DNA of 63,611 nucleotides, the filler included, from Reticulomyxa filosa (Eukaryota > Protista > Foraminifera), in NCBI GenBank assembly GCA_000512085.1. It is 12 parts of 12 records of this genome, joined end to end, with 100 filler letters (N's around TTAATTAATTAA, not from the genome) between each part and the next. Parts side by side here need not be neighbours in the genome. Positions count along the whole stretch, not along the records: positions 36,966 to 41,447 come from ASPP01037593.1; positions 41,548 to 44,317 come from ASPP01003390.1; positions 44,418 to 48,201 come from ASPP01005959.1; positions 48,302 to 51,042 come from ASPP01002071.1; 8 more parts are not named here. One strand, written 5' to 3'. Positions 37,990-49,857 of this stretch are shown in pieces. The position numbers were made by a program, and so were the translations under genes. The notes beneath the pieces are model-generated. The model did not search any database. It saw only the letters and a program-made list of their open reading frames with translations, and was not told where the DNA came from. The stretch's first letter is position 1; each line of letters starts with the position of its first letter.

Positions 37990-39840
37990 GAAGTTCCTCT
38001 TTTTTTGGAATTATCATCAATGGGATAAATGTTTGATATCAAACACAAGAAAATGGATGAAAAATCACAGGTAGGTGTACAATACAATCAACCCGACGAT
38101 TCATTATCAAAACATGTAAATCTTCAGCTTACTACTATTGGAACAAACATTGTAATTTCTGAACATTGTATGAGTGGGGAGAATCGGATTGACAAATAAT
38201 TTTTTTTAAAAAAAACTCTGACCTATCATCAAAAAAAGATTCTCTCATAGAATCCCCAATCGTGAAGAAAAGTCAACGTAATGAACTCCGACAAAATTTG
38301 CAGTTGTTTTTGAAATCAAGACCCTCCAAAGTAAATTTGACGGAAAAAGGAATCCGATCAGTGACGGATACGCTACAGCGACGGTTGAGTGTGCGTCAAA
38401 ACTACATCATACTCCAAGCGAGAGGTATTTTGAAACTGTCGAAAGGGCCGATGACAATGTCAACGGATTTTGAAAATTTTTTGCAGCTGGACGAGCAGAA
38501 TGAAGACAAAAGTGTAACAAAGAGACACCACAAACCGGCCCCTTCGCATATCCTTTCAAATGAATTCGTAAACAAAGCTACATTGGACCAAATCGCAAAA
38601 AGCTATCCCACTTTAGATAACAATGATATGAACCAGCCGTCGATGATCTGGCAAGTGCAAGATTGTAAAAGAGATGACTACAATGACGCATACTACTTAA
38701 GTACTCGTGACTATGTCGTCGATAATCGAGTCGAATTGAATAATAATAGAAAAGGTGTTTTTTAAAATATACTTATATGTTATGTACACATAAGTATAAA
38801 TAATGTACCCCTTTTTTTCCACTTTTTAATTTATTGAATTGCACATCGATTTTTAACAGCTTAAAAAAACAATCTGTTGATTTTTTGCAGGTACGATCAA
38901 ATCCATTGGGAAAGACAATTGGTTAGGCATTGAATTGGAAGAATCCAATATGAAAAATCACAATGACAACATCTACTTTACCACCAAAGAGTATATTATC
39001 ACGGAGTTTGCCAAAGACGCATGGGTCGGACTCGTGTTTGAATGACTTTTCGGCCAATGCCATGGCCATGGACCAGCACAGTCGAGGATACTGTTGACTT
39101 TAGGGCGCATCCATATCGAGGCTTTTTCGCGCACGCCAAAGCATCTCATCGAAAACTTGGGTTCGATTATCAACCAGCCATTCAACATGGCTCCGCAGAT
39201 CAATAGCTTCAAGCGCGATATCCACTTGAGCGTCGGAGACCACATTCTGTTGGCAGGAGAAAGCACCGGCGTTGTAAAATATATTGGTCACTGGGAAGAA
39301 TTGATTATGTATGAAGACGAAGAAATAGAGGTGGTAAATAAACCTTTAAGGAGGGGATGAGTATGCATTTGTCTGAAAGTAATAACAAATATCAAGACAA
39401 TGCATTGACATTAGAGCAGCAGGCGCAAATTTTGCCTCCGCACATGAATTCGCTCAATCTCACAATGACACTTGAATTAATCCATCACATGGACCGTCAA
39501 GCGAGCGGATTGATAGTGTTTGATAAATTTTCAACAAAAATTTCATGCATAGGGAGTGTCTTATTTTTTATCATGACTCCTTCACACCATTTCAATACGC
39601 CCACAAAATTTGTTACATTTGATGTAACTAAGCGTGCTTCTCACTAACGACGTGTCCCAATTACATTACCAACAAATATTGATGATGAGTTCGATGAACT
39701 GTTCATTGAATTATGTCAATATCGATCAGTTGTTGATAATTTTTTTTTATGCATTTCTCAGTGTGATCATACACAACACTAAAATCTATTAGCATCATAA
39801 TGCATTGCAAGGGCAAAAAACAAAAAATATATCGCGTGAC
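37917..39840 (+). pseudogene. RPEL-repeat plus CAP-Gly-repeat protein, degenerate
   Basis: RPEL-like LQLFLKSRPSKVNLTEKGI and LQRRLSVRQNYIILQARGIL. CAP-Gly-like RVELNNNRKG/TIKSIGKDNWLGIELE..KNHND..YF (intron 38756-38890), TEFAKDAWVGLVFE* (in-frame TGA 39043-39045) and LSVGDHILLAGESTGVVKYIG. Confidence 0.65.
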
Positions 39841-40517
39841 ATCAAGAAGAAATCGATTTTCAAATGGGATTTTCTTATAAAAATTGAATTTTGTAGAAAA
39901 TTGGTTGAGTCCTCATGCACCACTTGCACAAGTACTATTACTTTGAAGAAAAGAGGTTTACTTGGTGGTTAATGTTTTTTGAAGATTCTCAGTTTATACA
40001 ATTATAATTATATGTTGTAAAGATTTTTGCAATACCAAACCGACAAAAGAGCATATTTTGTGATTTGCTTATGATAACGTTCAACAAAAAAATATTTTTT
40101 TACTTTTGTCAATGTATTTTAAAAAGTGTAATGATATGCTTTTTTTTCCAACCTTATCATTTAAATTTAAAAAATTCTGATAATAGATTTAGAATATGAA
40201 TGTCTAACTCGAGAAAATACGATTTATTACATGCTTTTCTAATAACTAAAATTCTAAAAGAAAATAATTACAATAATATTAAAATTGAACACCTGATACA
40301 CTTTTTTAAATTTTTACTAAAAATTTTTTTAATTAGTCAATTGACTCAATGTTATATGATTTTTTTGTAATTCAATGTGCTCATTGTTATGAACAATCAA
40401 TTTCAATCGATGAATAGAAGATAATGTTGTAAATTTTATTTTTAATTGTGAAAAAAGAATATAATCGAAAATCTAATTTATCTATGAAAAATTTTTGGAT
40501 TTACACTGGCTCTATTA

Positions 40518-41220
40518 TTTCTTTTTCGGCAGCTGTTACATTTTTGCTGAGGAATACATTGGTGAATGAACTTTCCATATTGTATATGTTTGGCTTGTTA
40601 ATTGTTTAAAGAAAGAAAAGCCAAAAACTACGTTCGTAATGTCCAAGAGAACTTTTTCTAAAAAGGTAAAACTTTTCTCTGGAAGAGAAAAGTCATTACT
40701 CAATGAAAAGTAAGGATTCGTTCCAAAAAAACAATTCTACTTTTCAATTATCTGTGGTCAATCTTTTTTTAAAATCACAAACCAAAATGAAATACGATAC
40801 AACAATTTAATAATTCTTTTTTTTAAGTTGTTTTGTCAAAATATTACAAAAAATTGCAAATAATAAACATTTATAGTTGTGCGTTTACGTCTTGTTCAAG
40901 AAAAAAGGTCTTTTTTTTTCTTTGGTCGTCTTTCTGTTGTACCAGTTCGTAATTAGGGTGATATTTGCCCTATTCAATAACACTGGTATGTCTTTTTACT
41001 ATTTCTTAAATTAATTTTGTAACTTAAAAGAGGTTTTTTTTTACAGATCGCTTACTTTGATAAAAAAAATTATTGTTTTTTATTTGGACGCTTTGCATCC
41101 TTCAGCAAATGAAAAAAATAATTGAATATGGGGTAAGGCCCCCGTCTCCGCAAGGAGTAATAAAGGTTTGTTATATATTATATAAATTTTTTTTTGACAT
41201 AATTGACATTGTTTTTTTTC
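40518..41220 (-). repeat. Long inverted repeat, right arm
   Basis: Reverse complement of 37246-37989 with substitutions and indels. Confidence 0.92.
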
Positions 41221-41447
41221 TTTTGCTTTCCTTTTCATGGATTTTGTTGTTTTTTTCTTTTCTTTTTACTTTTATCTTTGTTTTCATTTGGATTTGAAGT
41301 AACATGTTCACTGGTGTTTCAATCATTTGTAAAATAACGACGAAGTTTCGCAAATTCGAAGCCACGCAGCAGTGTTTTCTTTTTTGTTTCTTTTGTCAGG
41401 GCCATACAAGAACAACAATGTAACTTCCGTTGATTTTTCCTGTCTCC

Positions 41448-41547
41448 NNNNNNNNNNNNNNNNNNNNNNNNNNNNNNNNNNNNNNNNNNNNTTAATTAAT
41501 TAANNNNNNNNNNNNNNNNNNNNNNNNNNNNNNNNNNNNNNNNNNNN
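41448..41547. other. Artificial contig linker
   Basis: N44-TTAATTAATTAA-N44. Confidence 0.98.
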
Positions 41548-42163
41548 TTTTTTTGTGAAATTTTAGTTTTTCTTTTTTTTTAATTATAAATTATTATTGG
41601 TTATATCACCATTTATACTTGGATATTGAACTGACACTCCAAATACATGATTTGACTATGTACATTCTCAGATACAAGGACAGTGTACGGGCAAATTTCC
41701 CGATGATCCAGAGATTTTACAATTGTTAATTCAATATTTGTTATAGAAACTACCTTGACAACGCTGGTACTTTAAAAAAAGTGTTTGGTTTTCACAGGTG
41801 AGATCTATTTAAAGACATCAAAAAACAACACAGCATTAAATAGTGAAAAATTGAAAGCAGTTTTCGTGAGATAATTGTAAAGAAGTCTACTTCTTTCATT
41901 TTCGCAATATAACTTTTTGGACTAATTGATGGCAGAGTTTCTTATTAACTTGCCCGTAAGCAAAACAAAAGAATTCCAAGCTCACATGTAGTGATTGGCA
42001 ACACAGTATTTGACAAATAGGAGCGGTTGTAGAAATAAACAAAAAAACACAGCTAACCCCAAAACACGTGAAAGAAAAGAAACGCCTTAAAATGTTTACA
42101 ACAAGAAAACGTAAGACATAAAGATATCAAAATATTATGCCCCGTTTTGAGTTGGTTCTTTTC

Positions 42164-44317
42164 CTAAGTGTTCTCCAGTTTTTTCTTGCACAGTTTCCTG
42201 AGTTTGGGCTGAATTTGATTCACCTGATTCATTTCAATTCCTGAATTTTTATTTTCATGGGGTGTTTCTTTCGGTTGGGTAGACATGACATTTAATATTG
42301 TAGCTTCCTTTATTCTTTGGGGTCCCGGCGTACCACCAGATTGCGGAGTGTTATCCGGGATTTTGGTCTTGAAATTGAGAATTCGCATTTTGGTAGAACT
42401 AGCTGCTTCGTGCTCTTCTTCTCTGTCGATTTGTTGCAATTTTTTCAAGTCCAGCACAATTTGTGACATTTCAAAAGTGGACAATTTCCTAATGTTTGGA
42501 CCATCAAGCTGAATAGGTATTTTGTAAACTTTACGCTTGTCCGTTCGCACTTCTATGCTAATTACCTCTAAGAATAAATGATCTAAAAGGAAATTAAGAA
42601 ACACCATGGCCAAAACCCACAGTGAATACCACACTGTGGACTGATTTAAAAACAGCACGCCAAGTGGAATCAACATCAGCACAGTAATCCGGATTGAGTA
42701 CGATTGCCAAGGAAACGCAAATTTATTATGAGTATATCGCAATCCGTACATTACTGTGCAAAAAAAAAAAAAACGAACACCATTTGCAATGAATAAAAAA
42801 ATACAACAAACAAAGAATCAATGAAAATGCAATAGCATGCAAAAAAACGTAACCAAAGATGGTTCCGGCAATGGAACTGCCTAACATCCAGAGATAGTGT
42901 AATTCGGGTGAGGCAATGCTATGTATCAACTCGTCGCGTAGAGATTTGAGTATCAATTTCCACGCTGTTCCTACCAACATCAGTAAATACGCCAATACTC
43001 CATGCAATAACGCCCAACAGACTGAACCAGGAGACCCCTTTTTCCTTTATTTTATTATTTATTTTTTTGTAGTCGAATGTGTGTCTAATTTGGCTTAAAT
43101 GAACTCGCTTATTGCTCCCTCCAATAGGAGCAAACAAACAAAAAAAATTATTTTTATTGTTGGATTGAGAAGGGTAAACTTGAGCACAAAAGTCTTCTCA
43201 ACATCAACGCATGGTCTTCTTCCAAGACATTAGCAGTTTCAACATAAAAATCTTTCATACAAAACATTACGCCAAAAGCGCCAAAGATAGCAACATAATC
43301 TTCCCAAGTATTGATAAAATCATCAGCAGAAGTGATCAATGATAACATTGACTCCCCAATAGTTATCATGATCAACAACCCCCAACGCTCCGTGATATGT
43401 TCATAAGTCCATTCTGATATGTGATAAGTCTTCCCAGTAGTTGTGGTTACCACTCTTTTGTTAATATAATATTATCACAATATTTTTTTTTTAAACTGCG
43501 CAAATTCAATAGAATGAAGACATTAAAAAAAAAACCTGAAAGAATTGGCGGAGTTGTACAAAACGATGAAACCAACTAATGAAACTCCAAAAATGCGCCC
43601 TTTGAGAGAATTGATCGTTCGACTACACAGCAGAACACCAATGCTGAGAAAGTATAGAATGATACGTCTCCTGCAATACGCGCGAGCCTTTGGCAGGTAT
43701 CGATAGTACAAACAGTGCAACACAAGCCATGACCCAAAGCATATCAAGTAGCCAACAACGAAATCTCGGTACTCATGTAATAGGTAATGCTTTGGATTCA
43801 TCTGCAATCCCATCATCATTGCGCCGCCCAAGTATACAAACTTGCAAAAGTCATCTAGCCATGTCTGAGGCAGTTTCGTGAACCTTTGTTTATATGTAGG
43901 ATATAATTACAATGTGATTGTCGCAAACAATGAACTACATACCTTATTATGGTAACGGACAATTCAAACCAAATTACGAAAAATTGGAAAAATATCAGTG
44001 CACTTTCCACAAATAGTCGGAGCCAGTCGCCGTGGTACAGTGCCACCATTTCTTTGAATTGCTCTAATGTGAGTGTGCGATTTGGTGTTGTCAATGGTTG
44101 TATTTCAAAAAAAAAAGCAAGTTAAAAACACACCAGAAAAATTTAGGACAATAGCAACAAACATGAGATCAGAAAATTCTCCCCACCATGTATTTTTATG
44201 CACAATGTCATGCTCTTCATAGGCGTGGTGGTGATGGCTATGACTGTGATGACTATGATCATGATGATGGCTATGGTCGTGATGGTGATGATGACTAAGA
44301 TCATGATGATGATCATG
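42164..44317 (-). CDS. ltrA: Low temperature requirement A (LtrA) family membrane protein with His-rich N-terminal tract, 5' truncated
   Basis: TWWGEFSDLMFVAIV (cf. WxELFxDLxFV) and HITERWGLLIMITIGESM (cf. HxxERxGLxxIIxLGES). Multiple TM exons. Confidence 0.75.
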
Positions 44318-44417
44318 NNNNNNNNNNNNNNNNNNNNNNNNNNNNNNNNNNNNNNNNNNNNTTAATTAATTAANNNNNNNNNNNNNNNNNNNNNNNNNNN
44401 NNNNNNNNNNNNNNNNN
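44318..44417. other. Artificial contig linker
   Basis: N44-TTAATTAATTAA-N44. Confidence 0.98.
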
Positions 44418-44613
44418 CAATAGTGATATAATTTAAACTGATTAGAAGTAAAGAGAAATGAAAAAATAAATTCCTTAATGAAAATATTTAAAAGAGATCC
44501 TTATCTTGTTACGATTACAAACCGTCTTAAATCCTAGTAAAAGAATGATAAAAAACCTGTGAAAAAGCACGTGGCTTAGCTGAAACCCTTTGTAAGAATA
44601 ACCACAAAAAAAA

Positions 44614-45480
44614 ATGGCATCATTTCATCGCATTTCTGAAACTTGTGGTATATTTTCCATTTCGTCGAGAGGTTTTTTCACAGTAAGCCGAGCAAGGTTT
44701 CGTGAAAAATATTTCCCTCGTCCAAGTGACACAACAGAAGCTTCTGCAACGTATTTGCAGACACTGAAAGACTTAGAGAAGCAACTGGAAGCAGAGTCAG
44801 CAAAGGCTGTGCAAAAAGAGCCCATAAGATGTATGAAAACAACTCAAACATTTGCAATAATTTTTTTTGTTGAGAGTTTTGGCGCTGTGTAATGAATGAC
44901 AACTAATACAAACAAACAAAAGTCAAAAGAAAGTCACATTGGAAAATAATACTGTTATCATTGACTGGAGGGAGTGGCGTATTTGAAATGGTCACGTGAC
45001 AAAAAGGCAAAGGAATTTGGGAGAGTTCAAATAATCTATGCGTTTCACAAGTTCATAATGAACGAAGTGAATAAAAACCCAATGGCAACAAATAGTTTGG
45101 GCAATGAAATCAAGCCAACAAACGGTGAGTTTCAATGGAAGCGTGATTACATTTCAAATATAATCGGTGTGCCTGTCAAAGATTCGTTTTGTATTTTATG
45201 TCATGTCAGTGGCAGCAAGGAAGGTGAAAAGGGGATCATTTACAGTGAGTTTGTGAGGGTCTGTGAAGACAAACCAAAAGACCCCGCTTCGACCACACAA
45301 GCAGCTAAGATTATTCAATATGCGTCTACGGTACAACGCTGGTTCACTTATAATCCCGAAAAAACTTGGTTTGACTTTCAAGTCTTTATTTACTTGCAAC
45401 TACCCAGCCATCCGAATAAAACTCTTATCCCTGTCTCTGAAGGAGAGCTCATCGAATTAGGGTATGTGCAGCAATCCTAA
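44614..45480 (+). CDS. Tim21/Coa1-like mitochondrial inner-membrane protein
   Basis: R/S-rich presequence-like start. Single TM (WKIILLSLTGG-VAYLKW, across an indel at ~44970), then IMNEVNKNPMATNSLGNEIK and CHVSGSKEGEKGIIYSEFVR. Confidence 0.5.
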
Positions 45481-46069
45481 GTAAACATACTTTTTTAAAA
45501 ATAATCATAATAAAAAATCGTGAATCTTGAGATGCAAATATAACATATTGAAAAACGTATGTTCATCAAAGGCATTTTTCAATTTCGTTTTTTTTTTTTT
45601 TTTTGGTGGTTACTCCCTTTGCGCTTTTGAGAGAAGCCGTAAAGGCAAGTTGACAAAAAGCAAAGTACAAAATTTGTAAAGTTGTTGTATGGGTCAGTGT
45701 CCAAATCAACCAAAAAGATCTGTTCTGATTTTTTTTTTTAATACAATCTGTTTGGACGATGAAATGAAGATCTTTTCGTGTGACGTGTATACATGTATAT
45801 TTTTTTCACAACTTTTGGTGAGTAAGATTTAGCTCTTTCAATTTTCATGCAAAATGAATTCGAAAAATGGAGATAGTTCTAATTTCTACAACAACGTAAA
45901 AAAAAAAAAAAAAAGATTGCCTCAAAATCCTTTTCATTCACTTTTGTCTTGACAGTACCGGTTGTCAATCCTCCACACCCAAAAAGAAGAAAAAAAGGCT
46001 TACATAGTACTTAAAATAGGAAAGCAGAAAAAGTGGTTCAATACAATGTACACAGATTTGACACAACTT

Positions 46070-48110
46070 TCAGTTATCACCAACAAATGTTGAAGTTCTC
46101 AGCTCTGCACGTTGAGCATTTGCTGGATCCAAGTTCACCCATCTGGCATATTGCTGTGGGGAATATATACATATATGCATATATATATGTAATATGTGGT
46201 GTACATGAGTAAAAAAAAAAAAAAAAAATCAATAAAAATTGTAAGGAAAAAAAACTGGAGTTTTCTTGAATCGCAGATACATATCCTTCAAATTTGATTC
46301 AATGTGTGGAATAGTGAAGTCAATGGCTTTGACAATATCTTGCACTAAGTCTTCGGGCAGATTTTCTTGGTCATGTAATTGGAAGTCATGGTATTCTTCG
46401 AGTGCCTGGACAGAGGGTTTGGTGGCCCATGCTTTGGCGAAAACGCGGCGAAAGGACGACTTTCGCAGTTGTGCTTTTGGTTTGGCGACGTCGCTGAGAC
46501 TACGTTGCTCGACACTTTGATTTCGAAAGAGCTCTCGAATGAGTGTCGGCGAAATGGCAGTGGTGAACATATTTCGATTATGTCTTTGTTTGAGTGGTTT
46601 TTTGGATTTTTTCGAGTCTTTGACATTGGCTTTATCGTCTTCTTGTGGCGGAGGAAACGTTTTCGCGCGTGAATGTGCCGACAATTTGTTGGAAGACGAG
46701 CGCACAGTGCTAAGATCAACACCACCACTAACACCAACACCGTCATTATTACTACCAACACCAACACCAACACCATTGGAATGAATACCTCCTCTCTCGC
46801 GATCTGTTATTGTCGTATTATTTTGACTTTGTAATGTACGCACGCGAATGACCCATCGTCTTTCTTCCGACTTTTCCTCGCCTTCGCTGGAGGATATATC
46901 TTCCAGTGTATTCTCTCGCTTTCGATTTGGAGACACCACGGCGTGAACATCACCCACACCGCCAGCCATTCCACCCCCTTGCATATGGCCAGCCGCCACC
47001 GCCGTTTCAATGTCCAAGCTTTTCAAATTGCTTTTTCGATGAGTCGACTGAGGAGATCTCGATCCGATTTTACTGTCGCTCTGCACTTTTCGAATTACCG
47101 AAGAGGATCGTTTTGTCATATTGACAGTAGGGGTAGAATTACCATTGGCATTGGTATTGGTATTGGTATTGGTATTGGCATTGGTGTTGGTATTGACATT
47201 AGCATTGACATTGACATTAATATTGATATTGATATTGACATTGACATTGGCATCACTGTTTACATTTGTATTTGTATTTGTATTTGTATTTGTGGTATCG
47301 TCGTTTGCTTTTTCCATTTTCCTTCGATCATGCGGTGAATGCACATCGTCGCTGGAAGCCTTTGTCAGAGGCGGGGCTATACTGCTTTTGATTGGACGAT
47401 TGGCTCCCTTTTTGTGCTTATTTCCACGTGCATCTCCATCGTCGTTGTCGTTATCACCATCATTATTATCATTCTCATTCTCATTCTCATTCTCATTGTT
47501 ATTGTTATTGTTATTGTTATTGTTATTGTTATTGTCATTTTGAAGCTCCATACTAAGAATAGAAGATATTTGCGCTGCAATAGACAATGGTGGCTCTTTC
47601 TTATTCTCTTGTAACGCGTCCACGTTGGCATTGTTGCCAAAGATCAATTCGACGGCGTTGTCTCGAACAATGGCCGTGGCCGTAGCCGTGGGATTAGCAT
47701 TCACATGCATATCCGTCCTGGTATTGGCATCTGCATCCACATCCGCATCCGCATCCGCGTCAACGTCGGCGTCCATATCGAGATTGCCATTTCCGTTTTT
47801 ATCTTGCAAAGTGTGCTTCGAATCGGCGGATTTCTTTTTGAACAAATTGGAATTGGACAATTCAGCGGCGATTAAAGCCTGCTCCTCTTCGTTGAAAGGG
47901 AGATTGAGAAACAGAGCGATCCTCAGATATACGAGCTTGCAGAACATGCGCTCGTCAAACCCGATATTCACACAATTCGTGCTGCTTTGGTATTGGTCGC
48001 TGGCAATATAGTTTTCATACAATGCTAGATATTGCATCGCCACGGTGGGATAGTTGCGCATTATATAGCATCGTGGGAGTTCGTTTGGTAATTTTATCAT
48101 TACCGTGCGA
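46070..48110 (-). CDS. RGS-domain protein, C-terminal part, 5' truncated
   Basis: LYENYIAS...CVNIGFDER and IESNLKDMYLRFKKTP/QY are RGS hallmarks. Intron 46255-46154; last exon 46153-46070 is in frame. Confidence 0.65.
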
Positions 48111-48201
48111 ATTGCAAAATCCGAACTGTGTGTGTGTGTGTGTGTGGAAGGGGGTCACACACACACACATATACATATACGTTTATTCAAAAATCAAACG
48201 T

Positions 48202-48301
48202 NNNNNNNNNNNNNNNNNNNNNNNNNNNNNNNNNNNNNNNNNNNNTTAATTAATTAANNNNNNNNNNNNNNNNNNNNNNNNNNNNNNNNNNNNNNNNNNN
48301 N
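48202..48301. other. Artificial contig linker
   Basis: N44-TTAATTAATTAA-N44. Confidence 0.98.
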
Positions 48302-49178
48302 ACAATACAATCTAGTAAATTAATGAAGCACTATTAAAAAAAAAAGCACAAAACAAAACTAAAATAATAAACACCAAAATATTTCTTTTTCTAACACTTT
48401 CTAAATAAAATAATAATAATACATTTTTTTAGTTTTTTTTTAAACTTCGTTCAAATTGAAATATTCTTTTTTTTTTTACAATTCTTCAATTTTTAATCTT
48501 ATTCGTCTCATTTATATTTTATCACTTTTTTTACTTCTTTTCATTTTGCGAAAAATCGTTTGTTTTGTTAAAATAGAATTTATAAATGCAGTTCAACAAT
48601 TGTTGAAATGGGCAGTCAAATTACAAACATTGTTTTTTTATATTTATCTTATCTTTATGTGGAAATTTCTTACTGCATGCTTTTTTAATTTTTACTCGTT
48701 TGATTGTCACCTGAAGTAAAAAGATTAAAGAACTTTATGACACTGAAAAGTGTCATTATTTTTTTAAAATGATAAAATAAATTAAATTGTGTTTTGTTTT
48801 AATAGGAATGCGTGGAATTAAAGTCGGCGAGCGTCAAGCAAAGATATTCCATTATGTGGAAATTAGTTCTCAAGTTTTTGGACACATACAAGATTGATTC
48901 GTACTTAGAAAAGATTTATTTAATAGTCTTAGATGACAAGTATATCGAATACTGCTTTGATGGATTATCATCTGAACATTCGTTTAGTGGCATTGAATCT
49001 GAAGATTGACTGTTCACATGCATTTCCTTAAATCATATGTCGCAATGTGTTATCAACTTGTGTGGTGATCCATTTGCCTTTCCATCCAGAAGCCAAATTG
49101 TCAATACTCGTTTGTGCGTAGATGTGACCACTCTGGACTCAGTCATGTTGACACCGAACAAGAATGACATAAACGACT

Positions 49179-49331
49179 ATGTACGAATTTGTCGGTGTGT
49201 TGATGGGAATTGCCTTACGTACGAAGCAAACCTTATGCTTTGATTTATCATCGATTGTGTTGAAGCAATTACTGACCGATGAAAAAATTGATATTACCGA
49301 TTTGGAGGTCATTGACAAGCTTTGTGTTTCA
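49179..49331 (+). pseudogene. HECT E3 ubiquitin ligase fragment
   Basis: MYEFVGVLMGIALRTKQTLCFDLSSIV-(frameshift)-KQLLTDEKIDITDLEVIDK; an isolated fragment. Confidence 0.65.
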
Positions 49332-49857
49332 TTTAATTTTTAAATTTTTTTTATAGTATTTTTATTTTTCTTCATTTTAAACGTTTTCATATTGACGAGA
49401 AGTATGTGTTTGAATTTCCAACATTTTTATGTAAAAGACTATCTTTTTAGAAACTAGTATCGTTATTTTTTTAATCAACACTTTATTAAATCTGTTGAGG
49501 AATGAATGATGAAAATGAAAGCTTGAGATACCAAAATGGACAATGTAGTGCAAATGAAACCAAATAAACAAAAAGATAAATCAAAAATAAAAAGCTAAAA
49601 CAAGATCTGTAAAAAAAATAATAACATTGATAAGTGCAATACGGTATGTGCATTGATTTTAATGAATTCGACATATCACTTGGTACTTGTTTTACTACAC
49701 TTGTGCTACGGCTTAGGCCTTGTTTACTTTATTTGTCAAAGTTAGCATTAGAAAGAGAAAAGCAACAGCGCATGATATGATAACATCAACTTGAGCTATC
49801 CTCTCTGCTTACATTAAAAATATCAATAAGTTTTCATTCTTTTGAAACTGAAAATCA

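Larger units (their letters stand above)
37246..41220. mobile_element. Putative non-autonomous long-TIR element (Pack-MULE/foldback-like) carrying a host gene relic
   Basis: ~700-bp diverged inverted repeats enclose an intron-containing RPEL/CAP-Gly pseudogene. No transposase and no clear TSD. Confidence 0.5.

Noticed and set aside
39043-39045. In-frame stops suggesting an alternative genetic code or selenocysteine
   Set aside because: Intact genes end at TAA, TAG and TGA alike and have long stop-free exons; internal stops mostly coincide with other decay.
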